From contig JBEKXS010000001.1 in assembly GCA_049511795.1 (NCBI GenBank), positions 321,497-385,496 on the forward strand: a DNA stretch of 64,000 bases. The letters run 5' to 3'. Under the pieces are notes generated by a model. That model worked only from the letters and a program-made list of their open reading frames with translations. It searched no databases and was not told the DNA's origin. Source of the DNA: Candidatus Pacearchaeota archaeon (lineage in GTDB: Archaea; Nanobdellota; Nanobdellia; Pacearchaeales; GW2011-AR1). Position numbers and translations under genes: made by a program. Of the stretch, positions 37,585 to 46,838 are shown piece after piece (position 1 is the stretch's first letter; every line of letters begins with the position of its first letter).

Positions 37585-38550
37585 ATGGTAAGATATAGGG
37601 CTGGTATGGAACGAGGATTAAGGACATTAGATTTATTTGCAGGTGTTGGTGGAATAAGACTGGGTTTTGAAAATGCAGGATTTAATACTATTTTTGCAAA
37701 TGATTTTGATAAGACCTGCAAAGATACTTATGACTTGAATTTTTCAGAGCCTAAGCTTAATACAGAAGATATATGGAAATTAAATATAAGCAAAATTCCA
37801 GACTTTGATATATTGCTCGGTGGCTTTCCTTGTCAGGCTTTTTCTATTGCAGGATACAGAAAAGGGTTTAATGAAGAAAGAGGGAATTTATTTTTTAGAA
37901 TTGCAGAGATTTTAGAAGAAAGAAGACCAGAAGCTTTTTTATTAGAGAATGTAAAAAATCTTAAAGGACACGATAAAGGAAACACTTTCAAAGTTATTGA
38001 AAAGACTTTAAGAGAATTAGGCTATCACATTAAATCAAAGGTGCTTAATAGTATGGAATATGGGAATGTTCCACAGAACAGAGAAAGAATATTTATTGTT
38101 GGATTTTTAGATAAAAAGAAAGAAGAAGCTTTTGAGTTTCCAGAGCCCATCAAATTAACAAAATCCTTTAAAGAGTTTACAGCAAAGGAAGCAGAAGATA
38201 AATATTATTACAACGATAAGCCTCTTTATGAAAGAATAAAGAATGATATTAACTCTGAAGAAACAGTTTATCAGTGGCGTAGAAAATATGTAAGAGCAAA
38301 TAAGAAAGGCGTTGTTCCAACATTAACAGCAAATATGGGATTAGGCGGTCATAATGTTCCTATAATCAAAAATCATAAAGGAATAAGAAAGCTAACACCA
38401 AAAGAAACCTTTATGCTCCAAGGTTTTCCAAAAGAGTTTAAGCTCCCTGAAAATCTTGCAGACAGCAAATTATATCATCAAGCAGGGAATAGCGTAACCG
38501 TTCCAGTAATTCAAAGGATAGCGGAAAATATGATTAAAGTATTATCTTAA
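37585..38550 (+). CDS. DNA (cytosine-5)-methyltransferase
   Basis: Motif I LFAGVGG, motif IV GGFPCQAFS, motif VI ENV, C-terminal QAGNSV; start more likely at the internal Met (37606). Confidence 0.9.
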   Translation: MVRYRAGMERGLRTLDLFAGVGGIRLGFENAGFNTIFANDFDKTCKDTYDLNFSEPKLNTEDIWKLNISKIPDFDILLGGFPCQAFSIAGYRKGFNEERGNLFFRIAEILEERRPEAFLLENVKNLKGHDKGNTFKVIEKTLRELGYHIKSKVLNSMEYGNVPQNRERIFIVGFLDKKKEEAFEFPEPIKLTKSFKEFTAKEAEDKYYYNDKPLYERIKNDINSEETVYQWRRKYVRANKKGVVPTLTANMGLGGHNVPIIKNHKGIRKLTPKETFMLQGFPKEFKLPENLADSKLYHQAGNSVTVPVIQRIAENMIKVLS

Positions 38551-38689
38551 TTTTTTTGGGAGATTAAGTCCCGAAGAATTAACAATACATGATTAATCAG
38601 ACTTTGCACGACAAAGTAATTCTGCACGAGAATAAAGGTTTCTGCACGGAAATGCAAATGGTTAAAAGTTAAGGAATCTTTCTTGATTT

Positions 38690-39405
38690 ATGAATTTTAA
38701 AAGCATCGAAAACCTTAAGGTTAATCTTAAAGAAATATCTGAAAAAGGGTTTATTGAGAATCATAGAGAAGGAGATAATGGAGGAGTTGGAAGGACTTTA
38801 GAAGATGAAATGGGTATTATAGAGAATAATCTAAAAACAGGAGATTTTAAGGTTGGAGATGAATGGGTGGAATTAAAAACACAAAGAAGAAAGGCCGCAA
38901 ATAGGATTACTCTATCAACAAAAGAACCTCAATGGATTATTAATAAGTTTGAAGCAGTTAAGAAAACTGGTTATAAAGATCATAAAGGAGAATTGGATTA
39001 AAAATTACTTTGAGTGCTTTATCTTTTAATGCTAAAGGATATAAATTAGAAATTAAGGGAAATAAAATATCTATAATAAATAAAGTGTTAGGAGAAGTTT
39101 GTTTCTTTGATAAGAAGAAGTTAATTGAAATAATTAAAGAGAAATTAGGAGAAAATATGTTGTTTGTAATTGCGGATGCGAAAAAGAAGAATGATAAAGA
39201 ATATTTCCACTTTGTTGAAGCAGAATATTTTTCCCAATTTGATGAAGATGCATTTGAAGAAATGATAAAAGATGGAAAGATAATTTGGGAATTTAGATTA
39301 CATCTAAAGTCAGATACTGCATTTAGAGATCATGGTTCTGGTTTTAGAGTTAATAGGAAATATTTGCATGAGATGTATAAAAAGAAAATTATTCTTCTTT
39401 CTTAG
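38690..39405 (+). pseudogene. candidate restriction endonuclease gene split by a frameshift (ORFs 38690-39001 and 39010-39405)
   Basis: Second frame is open from 38986 and overlaps the first ORF's end; possible D..ExK element (VGDEWVELK); sits between two DNA MTase genes. Confidence 0.4.
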
Positions 39406-40267
39406 CTGGTCTCCAGAAATCCAATATATATTCGAAGGTTGTTCCCATTGTAATATAATTATTGGGCCAACCAAAGATACCAGCTTTATTCACAAGATTC
39501 CTTCTATCCCATATTATTATATTTCTTAATTCATAACCAACTTTTTCCATTTCTTCTATTACATAAAGATGCATTGGAATTCTTTTATTTTCCCACCATA
39601 AATCAGTTATATTAATTACACAATGAGCTTTATGTTTTAATAAAGGAAGAATTTTTTCATATATTTTTGCTAACTCTTGCGAATACTGCTTAGGTTCCAT
39701 TGTTCCTAAATCTCTTGGATTATTAGAATATTGTTGAACTTTTTTAAAATGAACATTTTGTCTATCTTTTCCCCTCATGCTTTTATTTAATCTTGGTCTA
39801 TTCAGCATATTTGCATATGGAGGAGAAGTAACACATAAAGAAACAGATTCTTTTTCTAAATATTCTGGAATATTTAATGCATCATCATTTATTACAATCT
39901 GTTTAGAATTTCCAACAGAAGGTGTTTCTTCCAGTCTTTTTAATGCAAAATCAGTATATTGTTTGCTTAAATCTACTCCAACAGCATTTCTGTCTAAATC
40001 CCTTGCGGCAATGAGGGTGGTCCCTATTCCTACAAAAGGATCAAGAACCAATTCTCCTTTATGTGTAAATAGTTCAATACATCTTTGTGGGAGTTCAATA
40101 GGGAAAACAGCAGGATGTATGCTTTTGTCTCTTATGTCTCTTTTCCTGTAATAAAGTTCCCATAGAGCAACTTGAGCTTTCATCCATTCTTTTGCAGTTA
40201 AACAATTAATATGATTATCTTGACAATCACAAGTTTTTTTGTATTTTATATCTAATTTCTTATTCAT
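39389..40267 (-). CDS. N4-cytosine/N6-adenine DNA methyltransferase (amino-MTase)
   Basis: AdoMet motif LDPFVGIGTT preceded by FPIELPQRCIELFT; catalytic motif IV SPPY. Confidence 0.85.
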   Translation of the reverse strand: MNKKLDIKYKKTCDCQDNHINCLTAKEWMKAQVALWELYYRKRDIRDKSIHPAVFPIELPQRCIELFTHKGELVLDPFVGIGTTLIAARDLDRNAVGVDLSKQYTDFALKRLEETPSVGNSKQIVINDDALNIPEYLEKESVSLCVTSPPYANMLNRPRLNKSMRGKDRQNVHFKKVQQYSNNPRDLGTMEPKQYSQELAKIYEKILPLLKHKAHCVINITDLWWENKRIPMHLYVIEEMEKVGYELRNIIIWDRRNLVNKAGIFGWPNNYITMGTTFEYILDFWRPAKKEE

Positions 40268-40524
40268 TTTTTATTCAATTCATTTATCTCTTCTAATATT
40301 GCTTGTTTTGGGTTTTTCAATTTATAGATTGTTTTACGGGCATCTTTTTCAGACATTCTCATTTCAAGCCAGTCTGCTTTTCTTAATTCAGAAAGAAGGA
40401 CTGCTATAGCATTATCATTATTAAGAATTTTTAAAGCTTGATCTTTAGTGAACTCTTTATCTTTTAATTTACTCCAGAGTTTAGCATAACGTTTCATTAT
40501 CCATTCAGGAAGATGTTGGGCCAT
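40264..40524 (-). CDS. small protein co-transcribed with the amino-MTase (4-nt overlap)
   Basis: ORF only; helical; possible regulator. Confidence 0.3.
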   Translation of the reverse strand: MAQHLPEWIMKRYAKLWSKLKDKEFTKDQALKILNNDNAIAVLLSELRKADWLEMRMSEKDARKTIYKLKNPKQAILEEINELNKK

Positions 40525-40771
40525 TTTATAAGTTATTAACTTATATAATAATCTATCATTTATAAAATTTTGTTATTACTGTTTTTCTCAGAAAGAAATT
40601 TAAACATCAATTGTGTTTGTATAATAAGGGATGAATTGAAAAAGAGGGTGGAGTGGCTTTAGCTTGATTTTTCTGTCGCTTCAAATTTGATAGTGTAAAC
40701 TGAATTTTGACAAGATTCTTTAGTATAGAAGTATTTATAAAGATAATCGTATAGTAAGATACTATAGTAAA

Positions 40772-41344
40772 ATGGTCGATTATAAATGTGAAGATGTAAC
40801 TCATCCTGAGACTGATCTCAAAATAGAAGTCTATGCTCCACAATGGTACAAAAGAGGGCACCATGATGATGTTTACTCTCAAAAAGTTATAGACTCAAAA
40901 TTAACAGATGAATCTGACTATTTCAAACCTTACATTGAACATTTGATACAAGAGCTTTTAGCTGAACATAAAATAAAAAAAGCAGATCTTATAATTATAA
41001 TCCCAAGAAGTGGAGGAACTTTTTCTCCAACACTGGAAAAGCTTGGCAATTTTCTCGCATCAAAATTTGGAGGAACCTTTGACAAAATTATAAGGAAAAA
41101 ACCATCTGACAGAAAAAATATAAGCAGCAGCACATTTTCTGAAAGGTTGAAAAAATCAGAAGAAGAGTTCGCTCTAATCAGAAGAGTTGGGCCAGATGAG
41201 AAGACTATATGGATTTTAGATGATCAAAAAACGACTGGGAGCACATTATTAGTCTGTACACAACTTTTAAAAAAATCAAGAGATTGTGAAGTTTATTGTT
41301 TTGCTCTAAGCATAAATAGAAATGTAGAACTGTTTGGAGAATAA
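40772..41344 (+). CDS. ComF-like phosphoribosyltransferase-domain protein (no zinc finger)
   Basis: PRTase motif IWILDDQKTTGSTL followed by a ComFC-like C-terminus. Confidence 0.6.
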   Translation: MVDYKCEDVTHPETDLKIEVYAPQWYKRGHHDDVYSQKVIDSKLTDESDYFKPYIEHLIQELLAEHKIKKADLIIIIPRSGGTFSPTLEKLGNFLASKFGGTFDKIIRKKPSDRKNISSSTFSERLKKSEEEFALIRRVGPDEKTIWILDDQKTTGSTLLVCTQLLKKSRDCEVYCFALSINRNVELFGE

Positions 41345-41358
41345 AGAGGGGAGGGTTT

Positions 41359-42279
41359 ATGGAGAAACAAGAATTAATTGACTGGCTTAAATTTTGTAAA
41401 GTAAGAAAAATAGGATCAAGTAAAGTATTAAAGTTGTTTGGTATTTTTGGAACTTTTGATAAACTGTTTAATGCAAAAGATGAAGAACTGTATAGGACCA
41501 GAGTTTTCGATGAAGAGATGATTAAACAATTTTCTGAAGTTAAATCTGAAGATGGATTAATTGAAAATTTTACTTTAGACATCTGCGAAAGAGAAAAAAT
41601 AAAAGTAATCCCTATCTATTCTGAAGATTATCCTTCTAACCTAAAGAACTTGCCTGATGCTCCATTAACATTATATATGCAAGGAAATACAAATCTTCTC
41701 AAAGTAAGAAAAATAGCAATAGTTGGAAGCAGAAAATCAGATGAAAATGCTTTAAGGTGGGCCTTAAATGCCTCTAAGGGGTTAGTTAAAGAAGGAATTG
41801 TAATTGTAAGTGGTGGAGCAAAAGGAATTGATTATCAGGCTCATCAAGGAGCATTAAAACTTGGAGGAAAAACAATATGTGTTTTTGGTTCTGGTCTTTT
41901 AAAATTATATCCCCCAGAAAATAGAGAAATGTTTGCTGAAATAAAAAATAATGGTGGTCTTTTCATAAGTGAACATTCTCCAGCAGATAAGGGGAGCAGA
42001 TTATCTTTATTAAGAAGAAATAGAATCATCTCTGGAATTTCTGATAGTATTATTATAGTTACAAGTGCAAAAGAGGGAGGATCTCGAACTCAAATAGAAA
42101 TAGCTAATAAACAAAGAATCCCAATTTTTGTTCCAAAAATATCTTTAAACTTTACACCAAATGAGGGAATTAGCGATGCCATAAAACAACATAGAATTAA
42201 AGATATAGAAAATTATGAAGAAGTTTTTATGGAAACCTATTCTAATAAGAAAAAGTTCTCAATACAGAAAACTTTATAA
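41359..42279 (+). CDS. dprA: DNA processing protein DprA/Smf
   Basis: N-terminal SAM/HhH-like segment; Rossmann core VGSRKSDENALRWA...VSGGAKGID...GSRTQIEIA. Confidence 0.8.
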   Translation: MEKQELIDWLKFCKVRKIGSSKVLKLFGIFGTFDKLFNAKDEELYRTRVFDEEMIKQFSEVKSEDGLIENFTLDICEREKIKVIPIYSEDYPSNLKNLPDAPLTLYMQGNTNLLKVRKIAIVGSRKSDENALRWALNASKGLVKEGIVIVSGGAKGIDYQAHQGALKLGGKTICVFGSGLLKLYPPENREMFAEIKNNGGLFISEHSPADKGSRLSLLRRNRIISGISDSIIIVTSAKEGGSRTQIEIANKQRIPIFVPKISLNFTPNEGISDAIKQHRIKDIENYEEVFMETYSNKKKFSIQKTL

Positions 42280-42332
42280 ATAGCTATATACTTATATAAT
42301 AAGTAAATAACTTATGTTATTTTATATAGAAT

Positions 42333-43331
42333 ATGGAAAACCAAAAAATACTTGCAGATTATGATAGACAGTTTAGTTGGCACAATTATAATATAAGTCA
42401 AACAAATGAGAAAGCATTATTTGTTAATATCCTTGCTGATTTATGCTCTTTAATAGAAGAACCAACTCATTCTAAGGGAAGAAAGCCAACAAAAACAAGA
42501 GATGTTATCTTTTCCATAGTAATGCAGCAATATCTTAATACTTCTTCAAGAAGAGTTCAAAGCGACTTAAAGCTGTTTAAGGAAGCAAATTTCATTGACT
42601 CTGAAATTCCATTTAATACATTACTTGATCATTTGGAAAGACCTGAATTAAAGTACATCTTAAAAGAACTTATAGAGATTTCTTCATTGCCTTTAAAACA
42701 GATAGAGCTTGATTTTGCTATTGATTCAACGGGATTTGGAACTTCAAGATATAAGACTTTCTTTAATATGAAACATATGGGAGAGGGAAAATGGAAGCAG
42801 TATAGAAAATGTCATGCTGTCTGCGGTATCAAGAGCAATATTATAACTTCAGTGGATATAACAGAAGGTTATGTTAATGATCAAACACAATTTATTCCTC
42901 TTGCAGAAGATACAGCAAGAAATTTCAAAATAAGAGACTTCTGTGCTGATAAGGGGTATTTATCTTCACATAATTTTAGATTGATAAAAGAGCTTGGAGG
43001 ACAAGCATTCATTCCATTCAAGAAAAACACAAGTGGAAATTCTTCTGATAATGAAAGAAGTTATTTTAGATCAGCATTCAGGTTTTTTAAACAAAACAAA
43101 GAAAGTTATATGAAACATTATCATAAAAGAAGTAATATAGAAAGTGCATTTTCAATGATTAAAAGAAGATTCGGAAACAATGTAAAATGCAAGAAAGAAA
43201 CCTCTCAAGATAATGAAATTTTAGCTAAGGTTCTTGCTCATAATCTTTGTGTTTTAGCTCAAGAATTGTTTCTAAATAATATAAGTTTAGATTTTAATTT
43301 TCATACAAAGAGATATATTGCACGGAATTAG
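42333..43331 (+). mobile_element. IS5/IS4-superfamily DDE transposase
   Basis: DSTGF, CHAVCG, DKGY and YHKRSNIESAFSMIKRRFG (Y-R-E-K signature) blocks. Confidence 0.85.
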
Positions 43332-43358
43332 GTTTAGTTCTCGTGCAAAGCCGATTAA

Positions 43359-43973
43359 TCAGTAAGAATCCTTGTACCTTCCGCGGGCTTCAACTTTCTT
43401 GAACTGTTCCAAAACACTTTTGGTATTTTTTGAAGAAGAATAACCTTTTTCAACTTCATGGAAAAGGATTTGCCAGTGTATGAAATGTTTTGCCTCCAAA
43501 GCTTGCTTAAGAAGATGCAAATCAACTGCCTTGTCTTCTGTTTTGTGGCTGTGAAATCCAAGACCAAAATCAATGAAAAAAACTTCATTGTCTTTCAAAA
43601 TCATATTGCTTGTCGTCAAATCTCCATGAATTATGTCCGCATCATGGAGTTTTGCAATATTTTCCCCTATTTGTCTGCAGATTTCTTTTTGCTTTTTAAG
43701 AGAAAAAGAATCAAGATTGTCTGAAAGTTTTTTTCCATTGATGAATTCCATTGTTATCTCTTTTGTTTTTTCATCAACTTTCTTAACATGAGGAACACTT
43801 GCAACTTTTCCAGCTTTTTCAATTAGTTTTGCTTCTGATCTTGTTCTTAACTTTCTTATTTCCTCATCAATTTCAGGAAGCCTGTAAGATTTTTTTATTC
43901 TTTTTTTTATAACAGAATTATCATCTAACAAAATTACAGCTTCTGCACCTTGCTGAATTACTTTTTCTGCCAT
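43359..43973 (-). CDS. Bud32/PRPK (KEOPS) RIO-type kinase
   Basis: IIHGDLTTSNMIL catalytic loop, DFGLG; about 200 aa. Confidence 0.8.
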   Translation of the reverse strand: MAEKVIQQGAEAVILLDDNSVIKKRIKKSYRLPEIDEEIRKLRTRSEAKLIEKAGKVASVPHVKKVDEKTKEITMEFINGKKLSDNLDSFSLKKQKEICRQIGENIAKLHDADIIHGDLTTSNMILKDNEVFFIDFGLGFHSHKTEDKAVDLHLLKQALEAKHFIHWQILFHEVEKGYSSSKNTKSVLEQFKKVEARGRYKDSY

Positions 43974-43984
43974 TTTTGTTTAAT

Positions 43985-44377
43985 TTAATGGTCCCAAAGA
44001 TAAATAAGAAAGACTAAGCCAACAAGTAAACCAAAATCTACTAACAGACAGAATTCACAAATAGCTTTTATAACAAAAATCTGGATGAATAAAAAATAAA
44101 GTGAGATCAGGGAACCAATTATGACTGCCGCATGAATAATATTTCTTGTATGCCTACTTGGATTATTTATATGAAACAAAGTCAATAAAATCATGAAAGA
44201 GAAAATGAAAATGCCGTAAACCGAATTTTTTATCCCAAATAAAGAAGCATAAGGAGAGCTGTTGACTATTGAGCATCCCTGGCCTGGAGCACATATTCCT
44301 GTAGAAGGATTTGTTGTAATTATTATAGAGCTTATCAAACCAATAACAAAAACAAAAAGGAAGACTTTGTATTTCAT
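43985..44377 (-). CDS. VKOR-family (vitamin K epoxide reductase-like) membrane oxidoreductase
   Basis: Loop Cys pair CAPGQGC, SPYASLFGI motif, redox CEFC in last helix. Confidence 0.6.
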   Translation of the reverse strand: MKYKVFLFVFVIGLISSIIITTNPSTGICAPGQGCSIVNSSPYASLFGIKNSVYGIFIFSFMILLTLFHINNPSRHTRNIIHAAVIIGSLISLYFLFIQIFVIKAICEFCLLVDFGLLVGLVFLIYLWDH

Positions 44378-44925
44378 CTTATAAATTGAAGAATCTCTGG
44401 GATTTTTTCAGTTTTATTAAAATGTTCTTCATCCTTTTTAATTATTACTTTTGCTCCTAAATTTTTTCTAAATTTTTTAACTTCATCAAGATGAACAAAA
44501 GGGTCATTGTCTGAAAAAATAGCTAAAAATTCATTGCAATGGCTAAGAACTCTTGAAAAATCAATTTCAGTGCTTGTCCAGGGATGAGCAATTTTCATTT
44601 CTTCCTCACCTTGATTAATCAAATCAAACCACGGAGCAATAAAAGCACATTTTCCAATTTTTACATGTTTAGGCAGTTTTTCAAGATATCTTAAAATTGT
44701 CTGGCAACCTATGCTATGACCAATAAAATAAGTCTGTTCATCAACATCTTTGATATTTTCCTTCATATAATTAACCCATTCTTCTATTTTTGGCTTATCT
44801 GTATTGGGCATATCAAAAATAATTAATTTTATATCTATTTTATCAAATTCCTCTTTAAGCCAGGAAAACCAAGGCTCACTTGAAGAGTTTCCACCCCATC
44901 CATGAATTAAATATACTTTTTTCAT
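44374..44925 (-). CDS. alpha/beta serine hydrolase (YdeN/RBBP9-like)
   Basis: HGWGG oxyanion region and GHSIG nucleophile elbow. Confidence 0.65.
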   Translation of the reverse strand: MKKVYLIHGWGGNSSSEPWFSWLKEEFDKIDIKLIIFDMPNTDKPKIEEWVNYMKENIKDVDEQTYFIGHSIGCQTILRYLEKLPKHVKIGKCAFIAPWFDLINQGEEEMKIAHPWTSTEIDFSRVLSHCNEFLAIFSDNDPFVHLDEVKKFRKNLGAKVIIKKDEEHFNKTEKIPEILQFIR

Positions 44926-45374
44926 TTTTTGATAAATCTTACCTTTAAAGTTTCAAAGTCTTCTTCTTTATTTGGTCCTGTGAAATGAAAGACTTCAAAA
45001 TGTAAATGTGGAGCAAATGTGAACCCAGTATTTCCAGAATAACCTATTAATTGCCCTCTTTTTACTCTTTCTCCTACTTTTACCAAAACTCCTTTATATT
45101 TTAGATGCTCATAACCAGTAAATTCTTCATTTATGTGCCTTATTACAATTCTATTGCCATCATTCCAATATTTTTTATCTGGACCACCAATATTTGAGTT
45201 ATTTTTAACCCATACTACCTCTCCATCTAAAGCAGCAAAAACAGGTGTCCCTTCTTTACACAAAAAATCAACAGCATTTTCTAATTTTCCTGTATGTGCA
45301 GGAGGTTCTTTACTTAATATTTTGCTGACGTCTTTTTTTTTGATAGGAAAGCTATATTGATTTTTACTTTTCAT
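44922..45374 (-). CDS. M23/LytM-family metallopeptidase domain protein
   Basis: HTGKLENAVD (HxxxD) and HLHFEV (HxH) motifs. Confidence 0.7.
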   Translation of the reverse strand: MKSKNQYSFPIKKKDVSKILSKEPPAHTGKLENAVDFLCKEGTPVFAALDGEVVWVKNNSNIGGPDKKYWNDGNRIVIRHINEEFTGYEHLKYKGVLVKVGERVKRGQLIGYSGNTGFTFAPHLHFEVFHFTGPNKEEDFETLKVRFIKK

Positions 45375-45375
45375 G

Positions 45376-46743
45376 TTAAAACCTTATTTTTTTGATTTTG
45401 CCGAATTTCTTTGCGAGCTTTTGCATTTGTCTTTGATCAAGTCCTTTTGACATATCCATTCCACTGCCTGATTTAACCATTTCATTAAGGAGCTTGTACT
45501 GTTTGAGAAGAGAACGAACATCACTTCCATGAACACCTGCACCCTGGGCAACACGAGAAATTCTGCTTGTCTGCTTTTCCAGCAATTCTGGATTTTCTTT
45601 TTCCTCTTTTGTCATTGACTTGAGAATATGTTCCCATTTTGCAAGTTTTGCTTCTTGGCTTTCAAGAACATTTTCTGGAATTTTTGCTGAACCAAAGCCT
45701 GGAATCATTGATTTTATTTTTTCAAATCCACCCATTGAATTCATTGAACGAACCTGTTCTATAACATCTTCAAGACTGAGTTTTCCTTCTGCAATCTGTG
45801 CCTGCATTTTTTTCTGCTTTTTTTCATCTGTTACAGAGCGTATTTTTTCCATTAAAGCTTCCAAGTCCCCCATACCAAGAAGTCTTGAAAGGAAAGATGA
45901 TGGATTGAATTCTTCAATATCATTTATTTTTTCACCTGTTGTTATAAAATAAACAGGAGCTTTTGTTTCAGCGCAGGCAGTTAATGCTCCGCCTCCTTTA
46001 GCTGTTGAGTCCATTCTTGTTATGATAACTCCGGTAATTTTCAATGCTGCAAGAAATTCTTGAGCTTGCTTTTTAGCAGCCTGTCCAATATCGGCAGGCA
46101 TTACAAGTATTGTTTCTGTAGGCTTGATTTCCTTGTCAAGCGCTTTTATTTCTTCGATTAAATCTTTGTCTAGAGTATGCCTTCCTGCTGTATCAATAAC
46201 AACAACATTGTAATCTTTCAGCTGTTTTTCAAAACTTTTCCAAAGCTTCACAGCATTTTTTTCTTTTAAATCCACAAAACAATTCAGGTGATTTCTTTCT
46301 GCAAGTTGCTGCAATTGTTCTGGGGCTGCTGGCCTGTAAACATCAAGACCAACAAGTGCTGACTTGTTTCCACGTTTTGCATAATAATTTCCTAATTTTG
46401 CTATAGTTGTTGTTTTACCTGCTCCATACAAACCAAGAAGCATAATTCTGTTCTGTGTTTTTTTCAATTCAAGAGGCTTGTATTCACCAAGAATTTTTGT
46501 AAGCTCGTCATGAAGAAGCTTGATTATGTGCTCTTTTTTTTCTATGCCCTTAATTCTTTCATCGAGAGCTGCTTTTCTTATCTTTTCGCTGAGCTCTTTT
46601 ACAAGAAGAACATTAACGTCTGCTTCAATAAGCGCACGCTGCAGGTCTTTTATTATAGAATCAACCATATCTTTGTCAAGAAATATGGCATTTGCTATCT
46701 TGTTTGTTGTTCTTCTTAACAAGTCTCCTAATTTTTCTAGCAT
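45376..46743 (-). CDS. srp54: signal recognition particle protein SRP54
   Basis: N, G (GLYGAGKTT; DTAGR) and Met-rich M domains. Confidence 0.93.
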   Translation of the reverse strand: MLEKLGDLLRRTTNKIANAIFLDKDMVDSIIKDLQRALIEADVNVLLVKELSEKIRKAALDERIKGIEKKEHIIKLLHDELTKILGEYKPLELKKTQNRIMLLGLYGAGKTTTIAKLGNYYAKRGNKSALVGLDVYRPAAPEQLQQLAERNHLNCFVDLKEKNAVKLWKSFEKQLKDYNVVVIDTAGRHTLDKDLIEEIKALDKEIKPTETILVMPADIGQAAKKQAQEFLAALKITGVIITRMDSTAKGGGALTACAETKAPVYFITTGEKINDIEEFNPSSFLSRLLGMGDLEALMEKIRSVTDEKKQKKMQAQIAEGKLSLEDVIEQVRSMNSMGGFEKIKSMIPGFGSAKIPENVLESQEAKLAKWEHILKSMTKEEKENPELLEKQTSRISRVAQGAGVHGSDVRSLLKQYKLLNEMVKSGSGMDMSKGLDQRQMQKLAKKFGKIKKIRF

Positions 46744-46838
46744 GTTTTAGCAACGCTGGGAAGAGTTATTAAAGTTTTGGTTAATTTATGTTTGTACCAT
46801 TCATAAGCTTTTTATAGCGAAAACTACCTGAAAATCTT

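Noticed and set aside
39389-40267. Apparent motif order (AdoMet motif before SPPY) in the amino-MTase suggesting a misoriented call
   Set aside because: The order is consistent with known permuted classes of N6/N4 MTases. The ORF is long, uninterrupted and carries both motifs in one frame.
43359-43973. Bud32 kinase without an adjacent or fused Kae1 as an anomaly
   Set aside because: Kae1 and Bud32 are often but not always linked in archaea. Absence of linkage within one window is not informative.
46744-46838. Intergenic region next to SRP54 checked for SRP RNA (7S), RNase P RNA or 5S rRNA
   Set aside because: The region is too short and AT-rich, with no GC-rich helices. No candidate structured-RNA-sized GC-rich non-coding segment was seen elsewhere in the window.
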